A program made the translations under genes and the position numbers. From assembly GCF_000949455.1 (NCBI RefSeq), contig NZ_JXXK01000003.1, positions 70,831-134,830 of the forward strand: 64,000 nucleotides of DNA, given 5' to 3'. Positions 17,743-27,017 of this stretch are shown here, piece after piece; within the stretch, counting starts at the first letter, position 1; every line of letters begins with the position of its first letter. Below the pieces are notes generated by a model. It saw nothing but the letters and a program-made list of their open reading frames with translations, did not search any database and was not told the DNA's origin. The stretch is from Ruthenibacterium lactatiformans (lineage in GTDB: Bacteria > Bacillota > Clostridia > Oscillospirales > Ruminococcaceae).

Positions 17743-18399
17743 TTATTTCAGTGTTTTTTCCAGATTGGCCATGATGTCTGCCGCACCCTCGCTCATCACA
17801 AGTACGATTTCTCCGCCGGGCAGCGTTTTGATCAGCGCGCCCTTGGCAACCTCGTACTGGTCGGCCAGATAGTTTTCAAACGACTTGCGCTGCAGCGAAA
17901 CATAGCTTTCCACCGCAGCCTGCACGGCTTCGGCCTGGCCTTCGGCAGGCTTGAACACACCGATGGCGTAGGCCCGCACATTCATCATCGACATGCTGAA
18001 GGCGTACGCGTCCAGCGTTGCGGGATCGATGCCCATGGTGTCCAGCATCATCTGGATGCTGGACGCCGCATCCTCGGCGGACACATCGTTGGGATTCACG
18101 GCCAGCATTGGCTCACCGCCCGCGTCGCCGCAGGCGATCTCGGAATACTCATTGTCCTCGGCCGGACGCGCGTCACGGATGGCATAGGCGTAGCGCTGGC
18201 CCTCGCTCATCGTGTCCCCGGCCCCGCCGGACGAAACGGACGCGGAACCCGAAACGGAACCCGAGCCGGAGGCGGCAGGCGTAGATACGGCAGAGGAACT
18301 GCCGGAATTCGTGCCCGGCAGCTTTGGCCCGCAGGCGGCAAGGGCAAGGCAGAGCGCGGCGGCAAGCGCCAGCGCGGAAATACGGTACAGTCGGTTCAT
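17743..18399 (-). CDS. lipoprotein (signal peptide + lipobox LAAC), DUF4358-like
   Basis: MNRLYRISALALAAALCLALAACG lipobox; Ser/Gly-rich linker then globular domain; RBS AAGGAGAA. Confidence 0.55.
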   Translation of the reverse strand: MNRLYRISALALAAALCLALAACGPKLPGTNSGSSSAVSTPAASGSGSVSGSASVSSGGAGDTMSEGQRYAYAIRDARPAEDNEYSEIACGDAGGEPMLAVNPNDVSAEDAASSIQMMLDTMGIDPATLDAYAFSMSMMNVRAYAIGVFKPAEGQAEAVQAAVESYVSLQRKSFENYLADQYEVAKGALIKTLPGGEIVLVMSEGAADIMANLEKTLK

Positions 18400-18516
18400 G
18401 TTTGTTTCTCCTTACAGTTTGTAATACTGGCAAAGGCGGCCGCACACCAGGCGGCCTTTGCTATGAAGTATACCCCGCAGCCCTGCCAAAAATTGCACGC
18501 GGGGCAAAATTTCTCT

Positions 18517-18549
18517 AAAAAAGGCAAAAAAGGGGCGCAAAAGCGCCCC
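18517..18549 (-). terminator. rho-independent terminator downstream of the GDPD gene
   Basis: minus strand GGGGCGC-tttt-GCGCCCC followed by TTTTTTGCCTTTTTT. Confidence 0.5.
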
Positions 18550-18573
18550 ATACCGGCCAGGCCGCGGGTTCTT

Positions 18574-19392
18574 TCACTTATACTTCGGCGCGGGGTGATA
18601 AAATTCGAAAATCACCGCGTCGTTTTCCGCTTCTTTCGCGTTTATATCGTCTTCGGGGCGCACGGTCCAGCATACGCGGATGGCGCCCATTGCCTCCGCC
18701 AGACGGGCGGTCCATGGCTTTTTGCCGGGGCCATAAGCGATAAACTGCGGGCGCGCCAGCACGTTGGTGAACAGGCAGCCCAATGCGAATGCCAGCGGCT
18801 TCGGCTCATCCCGAAACGAGGCGGGCGCGTCGGAAAGCTGTCCCCGCAGCACATCCTTCGCATTTTTCCGGAACCAGCGCACGATGCGCGGGTCAAAGCT
18901 CTCGATGCAGTAGGGGCCGTTGTACGCGCGCATCAGCGCCAGCCCCTTTTCGCAAAGCTCGTCGTTGCGCCGCCCCGTCTTGAGTTCAATGATCATGGGC
19001 GTTCTGCCGCCCATCACTTCAAACACCTCCGTCAGCAGGGGGATCGTCTCCTGTGTGCCGCACAGACGCATCCCGCGCAGCTCCTCGAATGTAAATTCGT
19101 CCACACGGCCGTGCACGCCGCACACACGGTCCAGCGTGTCGTCGTGGAACACCACGACCTGCCCGTCCCTGGAGAGCTGGATATCCAGCTCCACGCCGTA
19201 GCCGGCCTCCGCCGCCGTGCGGAACGCGGGCAGGCTGTTCTCCGGCACCGTCTTATCCTTCGTATGCAAGCCCCGGTGCGCGTGATTTACGCCGTACACC
19301 AGCTGCTTTTGCGCCTCGCCGTAGCGGCCCGGCCGCAGAAAAAGCCACAGCAGAACGATGCACACGGCCAGAACCCACAAAAATACCGCCAT
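18574..19392 (-). CDS. glycerophosphodiester phosphodiesterase family protein (N-terminal TM anchor)
   Basis: AHRGLHTKDKTVPENSLPAF...GVELDIQLSRDGQVVVFHDDTLDR GDPD motifs; N-terminal hydrophobic helix. Confidence 0.75.
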   Translation of the reverse strand: MAVFLWVLAVCIVLLWLFLRPGRYGEAQKQLVYGVNHAHRGLHTKDKTVPENSLPAFRTAAEAGYGVELDIQLSRDGQVVVFHDDTLDRVCGVHGRVDEFTFEELRGMRLCGTQETIPLLTEVFEVMGGRTPMIIELKTGRRNDELCEKGLALMRAYNGPYCIESFDPRIVRWFRKNAKDVLRGQLSDAPASFRDEPKPLAFALGCLFTNVLARPQFIAYGPGKKPWTARLAEAMGAIRVCWTVRPEDDINAKEAENDAVIFEFYHPAPKYK

Positions 19393-19625
19393 TCAAGATC
19401 ATCCCATTTCCCGGCGCATACGCGCCGCGTGATCCGGCCCTGCAGGCAGGGGCCTCCGGGGAGGCGCACCGGTCCTATCTGCCATTTTACCGCGCTCCGC
19501 CCGCGCCGTCAATCGGCAGGGACGCATGCGTAAAACATTTTCACAAATTTGACATATCGGCGCTGTAATATGCTACTATAAGAAAAACGAAAAAACCATC
19601 TGCTGCCGAAAACGAGGTGTTTGTT

Positions 19626-20318
19626 ATGGCAAAAATTTTGATCGTAGACGACGAGCCGCGCATCCGCGAGCTGATCCGCGAGCATTTGGAGCACGAAGGC
19701 TTCCAGTGCGAAGAGGCCACCGACGGCTCCGCCGCGCTGGCGGCGCTGGCCGCCTCCGGAGCGGACCTTGTGATATTGGACATCATGATGCCGTTTGTGG
19801 ACGGTATGACCTGCCTGCGCGAGATGCGCAAGCGCAAAATCGACACGCCCGTCATCATGCTGACGGCACGCGGCGAGGAATACGACAAGCTTGCGGGCCT
19901 GGAGGGCGGCGCGGACGATTATGTGGTAAAGCCGTTCAGCCCGCGGGAGCTGGTGGCCCGCGTAAAGGTGGTCCTGGCGCGCACCATGCCCAAAACGCAG
20001 GAGGGCGGCGAAAGCTTTGTATTCGGGGACCTTGTCATAGACACTGCCTCCCACAGCGTGAAGATCGCCGGGGAGGAAGCTCCCCTTACGCCCAAGGAAT
20101 TCGATCTTCTGGTGTTCCTTGTATCCAATAAGGGCTTGGCGCTTTCCCGGGAAAAGATTTTGCAAAAGGTGTGGAACTACGACTATTACGGCGAGGACCG
20201 CACCGTGGATACCCATGTCAAAATGCTGCGCAGCCACCTGGGCAAATACCGCGACAACATCGTGACGGTATGGGGCATCGGCTATAAATTTGACCCCGAT
20301 GTGAGGCCCGGAAAATGA
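19626..20318 (+). CDS. OmpR-family response regulator (REC + winged-helix)
   Basis: MAKILIVDDEPRIRELI...DLVILDIMMP...YVVKPFSPRELVARV; RBS GAGGTG; stop overlaps kinase start (ATGA). Confidence 0.85.
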   Translation: MAKILIVDDEPRIRELIREHLEHEGFQCEEATDGSAALAALAASGADLVILDIMMPFVDGMTCLREMRKRKIDTPVIMLTARGEEYDKLAGLEGGADDYVVKPFSPRELVARVKVVLARTMPKTQEGGESFVFGDLVIDTASHSVKIAGEEAPLTPKEFDLLVFLVSNKGLALSREKILQKVWNYDYYGEDRTVDTHVKMLRSHLGKYRDNIVTVWGIGYKFDPDVRPGK

Positions 20319-21853
20319 AGCAGGACAAGCGCCCCGCGGGCGCGGCCGTAAAAAAGCGGCGTTTTTTCAACAGGATCAGCCGCAAGCTGATGCTGTTTGT
20401 TGTGCTGATGAGCATGGTGCTGCTGGCGCTGGTGTGGCTGCTGAGCGTAAAGCTGCTGGAGCCCATGTACAACCGGCGCGTGCTCGCGGATCTGAACCAT
20501 GCGGCGGACGTCTATTCCGCCATCATTGAAAAATACGGCAAATTCGAGAGCTTCGACAAGAGCGGCGGCGTTCATATTCCCTCAGACATGATGGAGGAGA
20601 TCATGGACAACCGGGGGCTGCTGGCCGGAAAATGCTTTGAGGTAGCCGGAACAGACTGCAAGGTCCTGCTGCATCTTCACCAGCTGCAGTCCGACCAGTG
20701 CCTGCTGCATCCCAATCCGCTGAGCCAGCTTATGGAATATTCAGAGCCGCAGTGGAACAGCACCGCAGCCGTCAACCTGCGGGCCACGACCTTCGTACTG
20801 GGAGACCTGAACTTTACTCTGCCGGACTCCCGCATCCTGCCCGGCCTGGAAAGCACCTCCGGCACCCGGCAGATGGTGGTGTGCCGCAACATCAACAACC
20901 AGTATTCTCTCATCCTCTCCACAGACCTGGAGCGTGTGGGCCAGGCCGCCGACGTCATCAGTGCGCAAATGCCCATCATTGCCGCCGTGCTGCTCATCGT
21001 CAGTATTGCGGGTGCTTATGTATTCAGCCGCTGGTTCACAAAACCCATCTCGGCCATTTCCCGCGCCGCGCGGGAGATGGCACGCGGCAATTACAAGGTG
21101 CGCGTCACGCCCCAGGCGGATGACGAGCTGGGCGCGTTGGCCGGGGATTTCAACACCATGGCCCGGGAGGTGGGCCGCACCTCGGAGCTGCAGCGGGACC
21201 TCATCGCCAATGTCAGCCACGACCTGCGCACGCCGCTGACGCTCATCAAGGGCTATGCCGAGACGGTACGCGACCTGACGGGCGACAACAAGGAAAAGCG
21301 GGACGAACAGCTCTCGGTCATCGTGGACGAGACCGACCGCCTCTCCGGCCTTGTGAACAGCGTGATGGAGCTTTCCAAATATTCCTCCGGCACCGAAAAG
21401 CTCAATCCCGTCCAGTTCGACCTGGCACAGCTGTGCGACGAAGTGGCCTACCGCTACCAGAATATCTGTGAGCAGAGCGGCTACACCCTCACGGTAGATG
21501 CTGCCGGCCCCTGTACCGTAACGGCAGACCCGGACATGATGAGCCGTGTGGTGCACAATCTGCTGGCGAACGCCATCCATCATATCGGGCCGGACGGCTG
21601 TGTGGCGCTGCGCGTAAAATCGCAGCCGGACGCCGCCGTGCGGGTAGAGATTGAGGACCACGGCGCGGGCATTGCCCGGGAAGATCTTCCCTATATCTTT
21701 GACAAATACTACCGCTCCCGCGCGGACGCCGGCAAGGTCGGCACAGGGCTGGGGCTTTCCATCACAAAGGCCATCCTCATCAACCACGGCTTTCCCTTCG
21801 GTGTGGACAGCGAACCCGGCAAGGGCAGCATTTTCTGGTTCGTCGCTCATTGA
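20315..21853 (+). CDS. sensor histidine kinase (2 TM, HAMP, HisKA, HATPase_c)
   Basis: H-box LIANVSHDLRTPLT, N/G1/G2 boxes (HNLLANAIHH, IEDHGAGI, GTGLGLSI); 512 aa. Confidence 0.8.
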   Translation: MKQDKRPAGAAVKKRRFFNRISRKLMLFVVLMSMVLLALVWLLSVKLLEPMYNRRVLADLNHAADVYSAIIEKYGKFESFDKSGGVHIPSDMMEEIMDNRGLLAGKCFEVAGTDCKVLLHLHQLQSDQCLLHPNPLSQLMEYSEPQWNSTAAVNLRATTFVLGDLNFTLPDSRILPGLESTSGTRQMVVCRNINNQYSLILSTDLERVGQAADVISAQMPIIAAVLLIVSIAGAYVFSRWFTKPISAISRAAREMARGNYKVRVTPQADDELGALAGDFNTMAREVGRTSELQRDLIANVSHDLRTPLTLIKGYAETVRDLTGDNKEKRDEQLSVIVDETDRLSGLVNSVMELSKYSSGTEKLNPVQFDLAQLCDEVAYRYQNICEQSGYTLTVDAAGPCTVTADPDMMSRVVHNLLANAIHHIGPDGCVALRVKSQPDAAVRVEIEDHGAGIAREDLPYIFDKYYRSRADAGKVGTGLGLSITKAILINHGFPFGVDSEPGKGSIFWFVAH

Positions 21854-21873
21854 GCCGGATATTTTTCTCTGTA

Positions 21874-21914
21874 AAAAAGGGACCTCCCGCACCTGCGGGA
21901 GGTCCCTTTTATTT
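21874..21914. terminator. bidirectional rho-independent terminator
   Basis: AAAAAGGGACCTCCCGCA-cctgc-GGGAGGTCCCTTTTATTT. Confidence 0.7.
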
Positions 21915-22035
21915 GTAGAAAAACCACCGGCTATGCCGGTGGTACGGAAAAGCTTAAGCTATGAAAAGAAACTCCTTCCAGTAAAATGGCAGTGCGGTCT
22001 GGCAACTGCACGAACCAACAGAAGGAGGCCATTCA

Positions 22036-22068
22036 GTGAATGACAATAATAGTTTAGCGCATACAAAA
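22036..22068 (+). pseudogene. tnpA: 5' stub of IS200-family tnpA (GTG start, codons 1-11: VNDNNSLAHTK)
   Basis: RBS GAAGGAGG 7 nt upstream of GTG; NSLAHTK is the conserved N-terminal motif of IS200/IS1541 transposases and is continued by WNCKYHIV at 23654. Confidence 0.5.
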
Positions 22069-22124
22069 GTACAGTTTACAAGGGTCTACACAGGGTAGGT
22101 ATCTGACGGGAGGGGTTCCGCCCG

Positions 22125-22268
22125 TCAGATTTTCCATGTGATGTTCAAACTGTCGCTTGTGGCGGCTATGATGGTAATCATCAAGTCCATCACCCGCCGC
22201 TTGTCGTCAAAGGATACATTCTCCCAGGTGTCGAGGTAGCCGTAAATCTGGCTGACCTGTTCCAGCAG
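22125..22268 (-). pseudogene. 47-codon C-terminal remnant resembling the end of a large serine recombinase
   Basis: LLEQVSQIYGYLDTWENVSFDDKRRVMDLMITIIAATSDSLNITWKI*, with an in-frame stop immediately upstream; followed by a 10-bp perfect hairpin ATCTGACGGG/CCCGTCAGAT. Confidence 0.3.
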
Positions 22269-22343
22269 TTAGCGAAGAAGATGATTAAGCAGGTGGGAAA
22301 GTAATCATAAAGAGTAAAGAGAAAAAAGGAAATAAAATTCACG

Positions 22344-22372
22344 TTGTCCGCAAAAAGAGAGTGTGATATAAT
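22344..22372 (+). promoter_or_regulatory. strong sigma-A-type promoter for the methyltransferase gene (-35 TTGTCC, 17 bp, extended -10 TGtGaTATAAT)
   Basis: TTGTCCgcaaaaagagagtgtgaTATAAT ~38 nt upstream of RBS AAAGGAG. Confidence 0.6.
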
Positions 22373-22410
22373 GTGGTTAGCTAAAGATAACTATGAAAGG
22401 AGCATTGTGT

Positions 22411-23034
22411 ATGTCTTTTTTTCAAAATACTTGTAAGCCCAAAGGGATTGGCGGCAAAATTATGGTTAATATGATGAATACCGGACATTCATCTATGGCT
22501 GAATGGGGATTTACGCATATAGAAATTAGAAATAATTACATATGTCTGGATATTGGGTGTGGCGGTGGAGCAAATGTAAAAAAGCTATTGGCAAAAACTC
22601 CATACGGCAAAGTGACAGGTATTGATTATTCAGAAATTAGTGTAATAAAATCCCAAAAAATCAATAAGGCAGAAATAGAAAATAGGCGTTGCGAAATCTT
22701 GCAAGGTAATGTAATGAAACTTCCTTTCGGAAATGAAACTTTTGATATAATTACTGCGTTTGAAACAATATATTTTTGGCCTGATATTAATGAGGCATTT
22801 AAGCAAGTATATCGAGTTTTGAAAGGCAGCGGAACTTTTATGATTTGCAACGAATCAAATGGCGAAAATTCCAAAGAAGAAAAGTGGACTAAGATTATAC
22901 AAGGAATGAAAATATACAATTCTGGACAAGTCAAAAAATCTTTAGAGGGTGCTGGTTTTACAGACATAAAAATACACAAAAATGAAAAAGGCTGGCTCTG
23001 CGTAGTTTGTAAAAAAGATAAAGATGTAAATTAA
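22411..23034 (+). CDS. class I SAM-dependent methyltransferase (Methyltransf_11/25-like), low GC
   Basis: motif I LDIGCGGGANVKKLL, motif post-I VTGIDYSE, motif II FDIITAFETIYFWPD; start ATG 22411 (MSFFQ...) with RBS AAAGGAG; substrate not inferable. Confidence 0.7.
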   Translation: MSFFQNTCKPKGIGGKIMVNMMNTGHSSMAEWGFTHIEIRNNYICLDIGCGGGANVKKLLAKTPYGKVTGIDYSEISVIKSQKINKAEIENRRCEILQGNVMKLPFGNETFDIITAFETIYFWPDINEAFKQVYRVLKGSGTFMICNESNGENSKEEKWTKIIQGMKIYNSGQVKKSLEGAGFTDIKIHKNEKGWLCVVCKKDKDVN

Positions 23035-23650
23035 CTATTGTTTTCTCAATAGCAAAGACAGCCGGGAAAGCCCTAAAATGGCTTCCCGCCCATTTCAATT
23101 TTGAAAAAAGAAACGCTCCAAAATCAGAAAGAGGGCGGCCAAGTACTTCGGAGGATTGGCCGCCTTGTCCACCCATTCAGCGGGACGGTGGGCGGCGGTC
23201 AAGGCCGGGTGTAAACTCGTTCATTTCAGCCCTGACGCTTGCCCGCTGTCCTGCTACTTTTCTGGGAATGTGGCCACACTTCGGGACACTTTGTCCACAA
23301 GTCGGAGCGTAGGTCGAGGGACAGGGGCTTTCATATACGCCCTGTCTGCTGATGAAACCAGACCTGCGCTTGCGGCTCCACGCCACGCAAGCACAGCCCT
23401 GTTTTCCTGCCGCTTCAAATGCCCTTGCCCTCCCCGGCGGCAACGGCATTTTCACGGCAACGCCGACAGAGCGTATAACACACTACACTTTGCTACGCAA
23501 AGTCGTGTGCCAAAGGGGTACCCTTTGGAAACCCCAAACAACAAAACAGGCTGAATATCTCGCACTTTCCCGGTGCTTGATACTCAGCCTGTATTTGTTG
23601 TCAGCAGCCTCCGTTTCGTGGTCTGCGTGTAGTTCTTTGTAAACTGACCT

Positions 23651-24079
23651 AAATGGAATTGCAAATACCACATTGTGTTTGCGCCGAAATATCGGCGCAA
23701 ACTGTTCTACGGAGAAAATCGAAAAGAGATAGGAGGGATTTTGAGACAGCTCAGTGAATGGAAAGGAGTAAAAATAGTAGAAGCAGAAGTGTGCCCGGAT
23801 CACATCCACATGCTGGTAGAAATCCCACCGAAAATGAGTGTGGCGGGATACATAGGATTTCTCAAGGGGAAAAGCAGTTTGATGATTTTTCAACGACACG
23901 GGAATCTGAAGTACAAATATGGGAATCGATCATTCTGGTGCAGAGGGTACTACGTGGACACCGCAGGAAAGAATACGAAAAAGATCGCGGAATACATTCA
24001 AAATCAGTTGAAAGAAGATCAACTTACAGATCAGATGACGTTAAAGGAATACATGGACCCGCTTGCGGGTAACAAGTAA
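23651..24079 (+). pseudogene. tnpA: IS200-family transposase TnpA body (codons 12-152), lacking its own start because of the upstream insertion
   Basis: KWNCKYHIVFAPKYRRKLFYG...PDHIHMLVEIPPKMSVAGYIGFLKGKSSLMIF...RGYYVDTAGKN: HuH motif and catalytic Tyr of Y1 transposases; an in-frame TGA lies 2 codons upstream of K. Confidence 0.6.
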
Positions 24080-24154
24080 CAATCCTATGCAAGTGTCAGA
24101 CCGTTATGCGCCTTGAGGCGCTGCCTGTATCATAGGGCTTTGCCCGCATCTGAA

Positions 24155-24188
24155 ATACCCCCGGCTTCGCCGGGGGATATTTATTTCC
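24155..24188. terminator. bidirectional rho-independent terminator / IS right-end hairpin
   Basis: CCCCCGGC-ttc-GCCGGGGG followed by ATATTTATTTCC; T-run also present on the opposite strand. Confidence 0.6.
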
Positions 24189-24189
24189 A

Positions 24190-25425
24190 TTAAAATGCCC
24201 ATTCTCCGTTTTCAAAGATCTTCACGTTCTCTCCCGTTCTGGTGGTACCCGTAATGGTCATATCCGGCGCGCCCACCATCACGTCCTCGTGGATGATGCT
24301 GTCGTTCACACCGTGGGCCAACAGTTCCTGCTTCGTCATGGCCGTACCGCCCTTTACAGTGCCGGGGTAACCCTTACCGAAGGCGATGTGGCAGGCCGCG
24401 TTCTCGTCGAACAGCGTATTGTAGAACAAAATGCCCCGCCGGTTGATGGGGCTGGACGCCGGCACCAGCGCGATCTCGCCGATGCGGCGGGAGCCTTCAT
24501 CGGTGTCCAGCAGCTGGCCCAGCAGCGCCTCGCCGCTTTGGGCCGAATGCTCCACCACTTCGCCGTCCTTGAAGGTGACGGAAAAGCCCTCAATGAGGTT
24601 GCCGTTGTACACATAGGGCTTGGTGCCCTTTACAACGCCGTTTACGCGCAGACGGTGCGGCGCGGTGAACACTTCCTCGGTGGGGATATTTGCGATGAAT
24701 GTGTAGCCCTCGGGCGTACGGCTTTGAGCGCCCTCCCACACATGCCCGTCCGCAAGGCCGATGGTGAGGTCTGTGCCGTTGGCGCTCTGCAGCCGGATGC
24801 TGTCCAGATCCAGCGCATTCATGCGGTCGCGCCAGGCGGTCATTTTTTTCACATGCGCCTGCCACTCGGACACCACATTGCCGTTTTTCACGCGGCACAC
24901 GTCGAAGATAGCGTCCCAAAGCATTTCCTGAGCCTCATCCTCCGCCGCGCCGGGAAATACCTTTCCCGCCCACGCGGCGCTTGGGATCGCCACGATGCTC
25001 CACTGCACCTTGTCGCTCATGGTATAGCTGCGCCACTCCTCCTGCGCCTTCATAGCCGCCTGGTTTGCGCGGTCGATCTTTTCCATATCAAGCCCCTTGT
25101 AGATCTCCGGGTCCCGCGCGGAAATGGACAGCATGCACGCGCCTCCCTCACTCTCCACATAATCGAGATAGCTGCGCTGGAGCCAGGGCTTCACATCCTC
25201 CAATACCTCCACGGCGGTATTCTCCATTTTAATGCGGGACAGCTTTTCGTCCGAATAGTGCACCACCACTTCCTTCGCGCCCGCAGCGTAGGCCGCCTCG
25301 GCACAGGCCCGGGCGAAAAACGCCCCCTCGATGGGCGCACGGATGATGAGCGTCTGCCCCGGCTGGGGGTTGACGCCGATCTTTACGGCAAATTCCGCAT
25401 ACTGCTTCACCAAATTTATATCCAT
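24190..25425 (-). CDS. M29-family aminopeptidase (AmpS/PepS-like)
   Basis: MDINLVKQYAEFAVKIGVNPQPGQTLIIRAP... and conserved metal-binding His/Glu/Asp; start chosen at 25425 (RBS GGAGA 8 nt upstream); the ORF track 5' extension was rejected. Confidence 0.75.
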   Translation of the reverse strand: MDINLVKQYAEFAVKIGVNPQPGQTLIIRAPIEGAFFARACAEAAYAAGAKEVVVHYSDEKLSRIKMENTAVEVLEDVKPWLQRSYLDYVESEGGACMLSISARDPEIYKGLDMEKIDRANQAAMKAQEEWRSYTMSDKVQWSIVAIPSAAWAGKVFPGAAEDEAQEMLWDAIFDVCRVKNGNVVSEWQAHVKKMTAWRDRMNALDLDSIRLQSANGTDLTIGLADGHVWEGAQSRTPEGYTFIANIPTEEVFTAPHRLRVNGVVKGTKPYVYNGNLIEGFSVTFKDGEVVEHSAQSGEALLGQLLDTDEGSRRIGEIALVPASSPINRRGILFYNTLFDENAACHIAFGKGYPGTVKGGTAMTKQELLAHGVNDSIIHEDVMVGAPDMTITGTTRTGENVKIFENGEWAF

Positions 25426-25480
25426 TTTCATTTTCTCCAAATCATCAGGATTTCCGCGCGCCGCGCGGCGGTCTGCTTCG

Positions 25481-26914
25481 TTATATGCTTTGCTCCAGCC
25501 GGGTGAAAAATTCCACCGTCTTGGCAATCTCACGCACCGGGATACGCTCGTCGTTGTTGTGGATCAGCCCCCGCTGCTCCTTGGAGAGCGCCATGGCGCT
25601 GAACTTGTATACGTCCCGGCAGATGGCGCTGAAATGACGGCTGTCGGAGCAGGCCATCATCAGGTACGGTGAGACGATGCTGCCCTGCCATGTGTCGCCC
25701 ACTGCCTTGGCCAGCGTCTCCCAGTTCGCATCCTCCGCGGAGGCATACGGGCTGGCATTCTGAGCGTATGTTACCTTGACCTCCACCTTATCGTTGCGAA
25801 TGACGTCTTTCAGGTGCTGCGCCGCACTTTCCGGCGTATCCAGATTGACAAGCCGCAGGTTGACGCCCGCCGACGCCTCTGTGGGCAGCACGTTGATCTG
25901 CTTGGACCCCTGCGCCGTGGTGAACGCCATGGTGGTGCGCATCATCGCGCCCAGCTCGCCGCCCAGCCTGCCCGCCAGAAGCGGCAGCAGAGGCCCAAAC
26001 AGCCACAGATTCGCAAATACCAGCCGCAGGCCGAAAGGCGCATACGGCCCCACGTTTTGGAACAGCGCGCGCACGGGCGCCGTCAGATGCGCCTTGAACT
26101 GGTGTTTTTCGCAATCGGCCACGGCCCGGCACAGCATGCCCAGCGTGGAGGGCACGGCCGGCGTGCTGGCATGGCCGCCGGCGGCACGCGCCGTCAGCTC
26201 CACATTCATAAAGCCTTTTTCTCCGATGCCCACCACCGCGATGGGCTGCTTGACGCCGGGGAATACGCCGTCTACAACGGCGCCGCCTTCATCCACCACC
26301 ATTGCGGGCCTGACGCCCCGCTCCTTCAAATATTCCACGATGGCCGGTGCGCTCGGCCCGCTCACTTCCTCGTCGCCTGAGAAAGAAAAGTACACGTCGT
26401 TCCGGGGCACAAAGCCCTCGCTCATCAGCCGTTCGGCCGCCTCCAGAATGCCCAGCAGCGTGATTTTCGTGTCCAGCGTACCGCGCCCCCACAGCTCGCC
26501 GTCAAACACCTCGCCGCAGAAAGGCGGATGCTTCCACCCCGCTTCGTCTACAGGCACCACGTCATAGTGCGCCATCAGGACAACGGGAGCGGCGCTGCTT
26601 TTTCCTTTCCAGTGAAACAGCATGCCCGTATGGGCGATGCGCACGGGCGGGCACATCTCATGTACGCGGGGGTACAATTCCCGCAGCTTCTCACGGAAGC
26701 CTTCAAACTGTGTTTCATCAAACTTTTCCGCATCATAATTGGACACCGTCGGGATGCGCACCAGCTGCGCCAGGCGCTGTACAGCCCCCTCTGTGTCCAC
26801 GGCGACGGGCGTGGGCGCCGCCCCAGCCCCCGCCTCCGGTTTGAACCGGGCCGCACGGATGCACAACACGGCGCACAACGCCAGCACAGCCGCAAGTATG
26901 AGCCAGCCGATCAT
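25481..26914 (-). CDS. M20-family metallopeptidase (dipeptidase / acyl-amino acid hydrolase-like) with N-terminal TM anchor
   Basis: MAHYDVVPV...GRGTLDTK...FSGDEE... M20 metal-binding motifs; start MIGWLILAAV with RBS GGAGGAG. Confidence 0.75.
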   Translation of the reverse strand: MIGWLILAAVLALCAVLCIRAARFKPEAGAGAAPTPVAVDTEGAVQRLAQLVRIPTVSNYDAEKFDETQFEGFREKLRELYPRVHEMCPPVRIAHTGMLFHWKGKSSAAPVVLMAHYDVVPVDEAGWKHPPFCGEVFDGELWGRGTLDTKITLLGILEAAERLMSEGFVPRNDVYFSFSGDEEVSGPSAPAIVEYLKERGVRPAMVVDEGGAVVDGVFPGVKQPIAVVGIGEKGFMNVELTARAAGGHASTPAVPSTLGMLCRAVADCEKHQFKAHLTAPVRALFQNVGPYAPFGLRLVFANLWLFGPLLPLLAGRLGGELGAMMRTTMAFTTAQGSKQINVLPTEASAGVNLRLVNLDTPESAAQHLKDVIRNDKVEVKVTYAQNASPYASAEDANWETLAKAVGDTWQGSIVSPYLMMACSDSRHFSAICRDVYKFSAMALSKEQRGLIHNNDERIPVREIAKTVEFFTRLEQSI

Positions 26915-27017
26915 AAAAACTCCTCCGTTCTGTTGGATATGGCTTGTTTTCATCATACCACAAGCAGGCAAAAAAAGGAAGCGGACGCCCCCTGGGACGT
27001 CCGCTTTGCATGTGGTT

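Larger units (their letters stand above)
22069..23650. mobile_element. 1582-bp insertion cassette bounded by imperfect 13-bp inverted repeats (core CAGTTTACAA) and a putative AAA target duplication; carries recombinase remnant, methyltransferase gene and ~500 bp GC-rich non-coding DNA
   Basis: left end GTACAGTTTACAAG, right end CTTTGTAAACTGACC; AAA at 22066-68 and 23651-53; removing the segment restores the tnpA frame ...HTK|WNCKYHIV... Confidence 0.4.
21925..24188 (+). mobile_element. IS200/IS605-family (tnpA-only) element, disrupted: subterminal hairpins at both ends, tnpA split by a 1.58-kb insertion
   Basis: left hairpin CCACCGGC-tat-GCCGGTGG at ~21935; tnpA 5' stub 22036-22068; tnpA body 23651-24079; right-end hairpins GCGCC-ttga-GGCGC and CCCCCGGC-ttc-GCCGGGGG (24125-24176). 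Confidence 0.5.

Noticed and set aside
17620-19533. 637-aa plus-strand ORF
   Set aside because: Antisense to the lipoprotein and GDPD genes, with no start context; GC-driven open frame.
22129-22160. Hairpin ATCTGACGGG...CCCGTCAGAT as an intrinsic terminator
   Set aside because: No U-tract on either strand; more likely a recombination/structural remnant at the end of the recombinase pseudogene.
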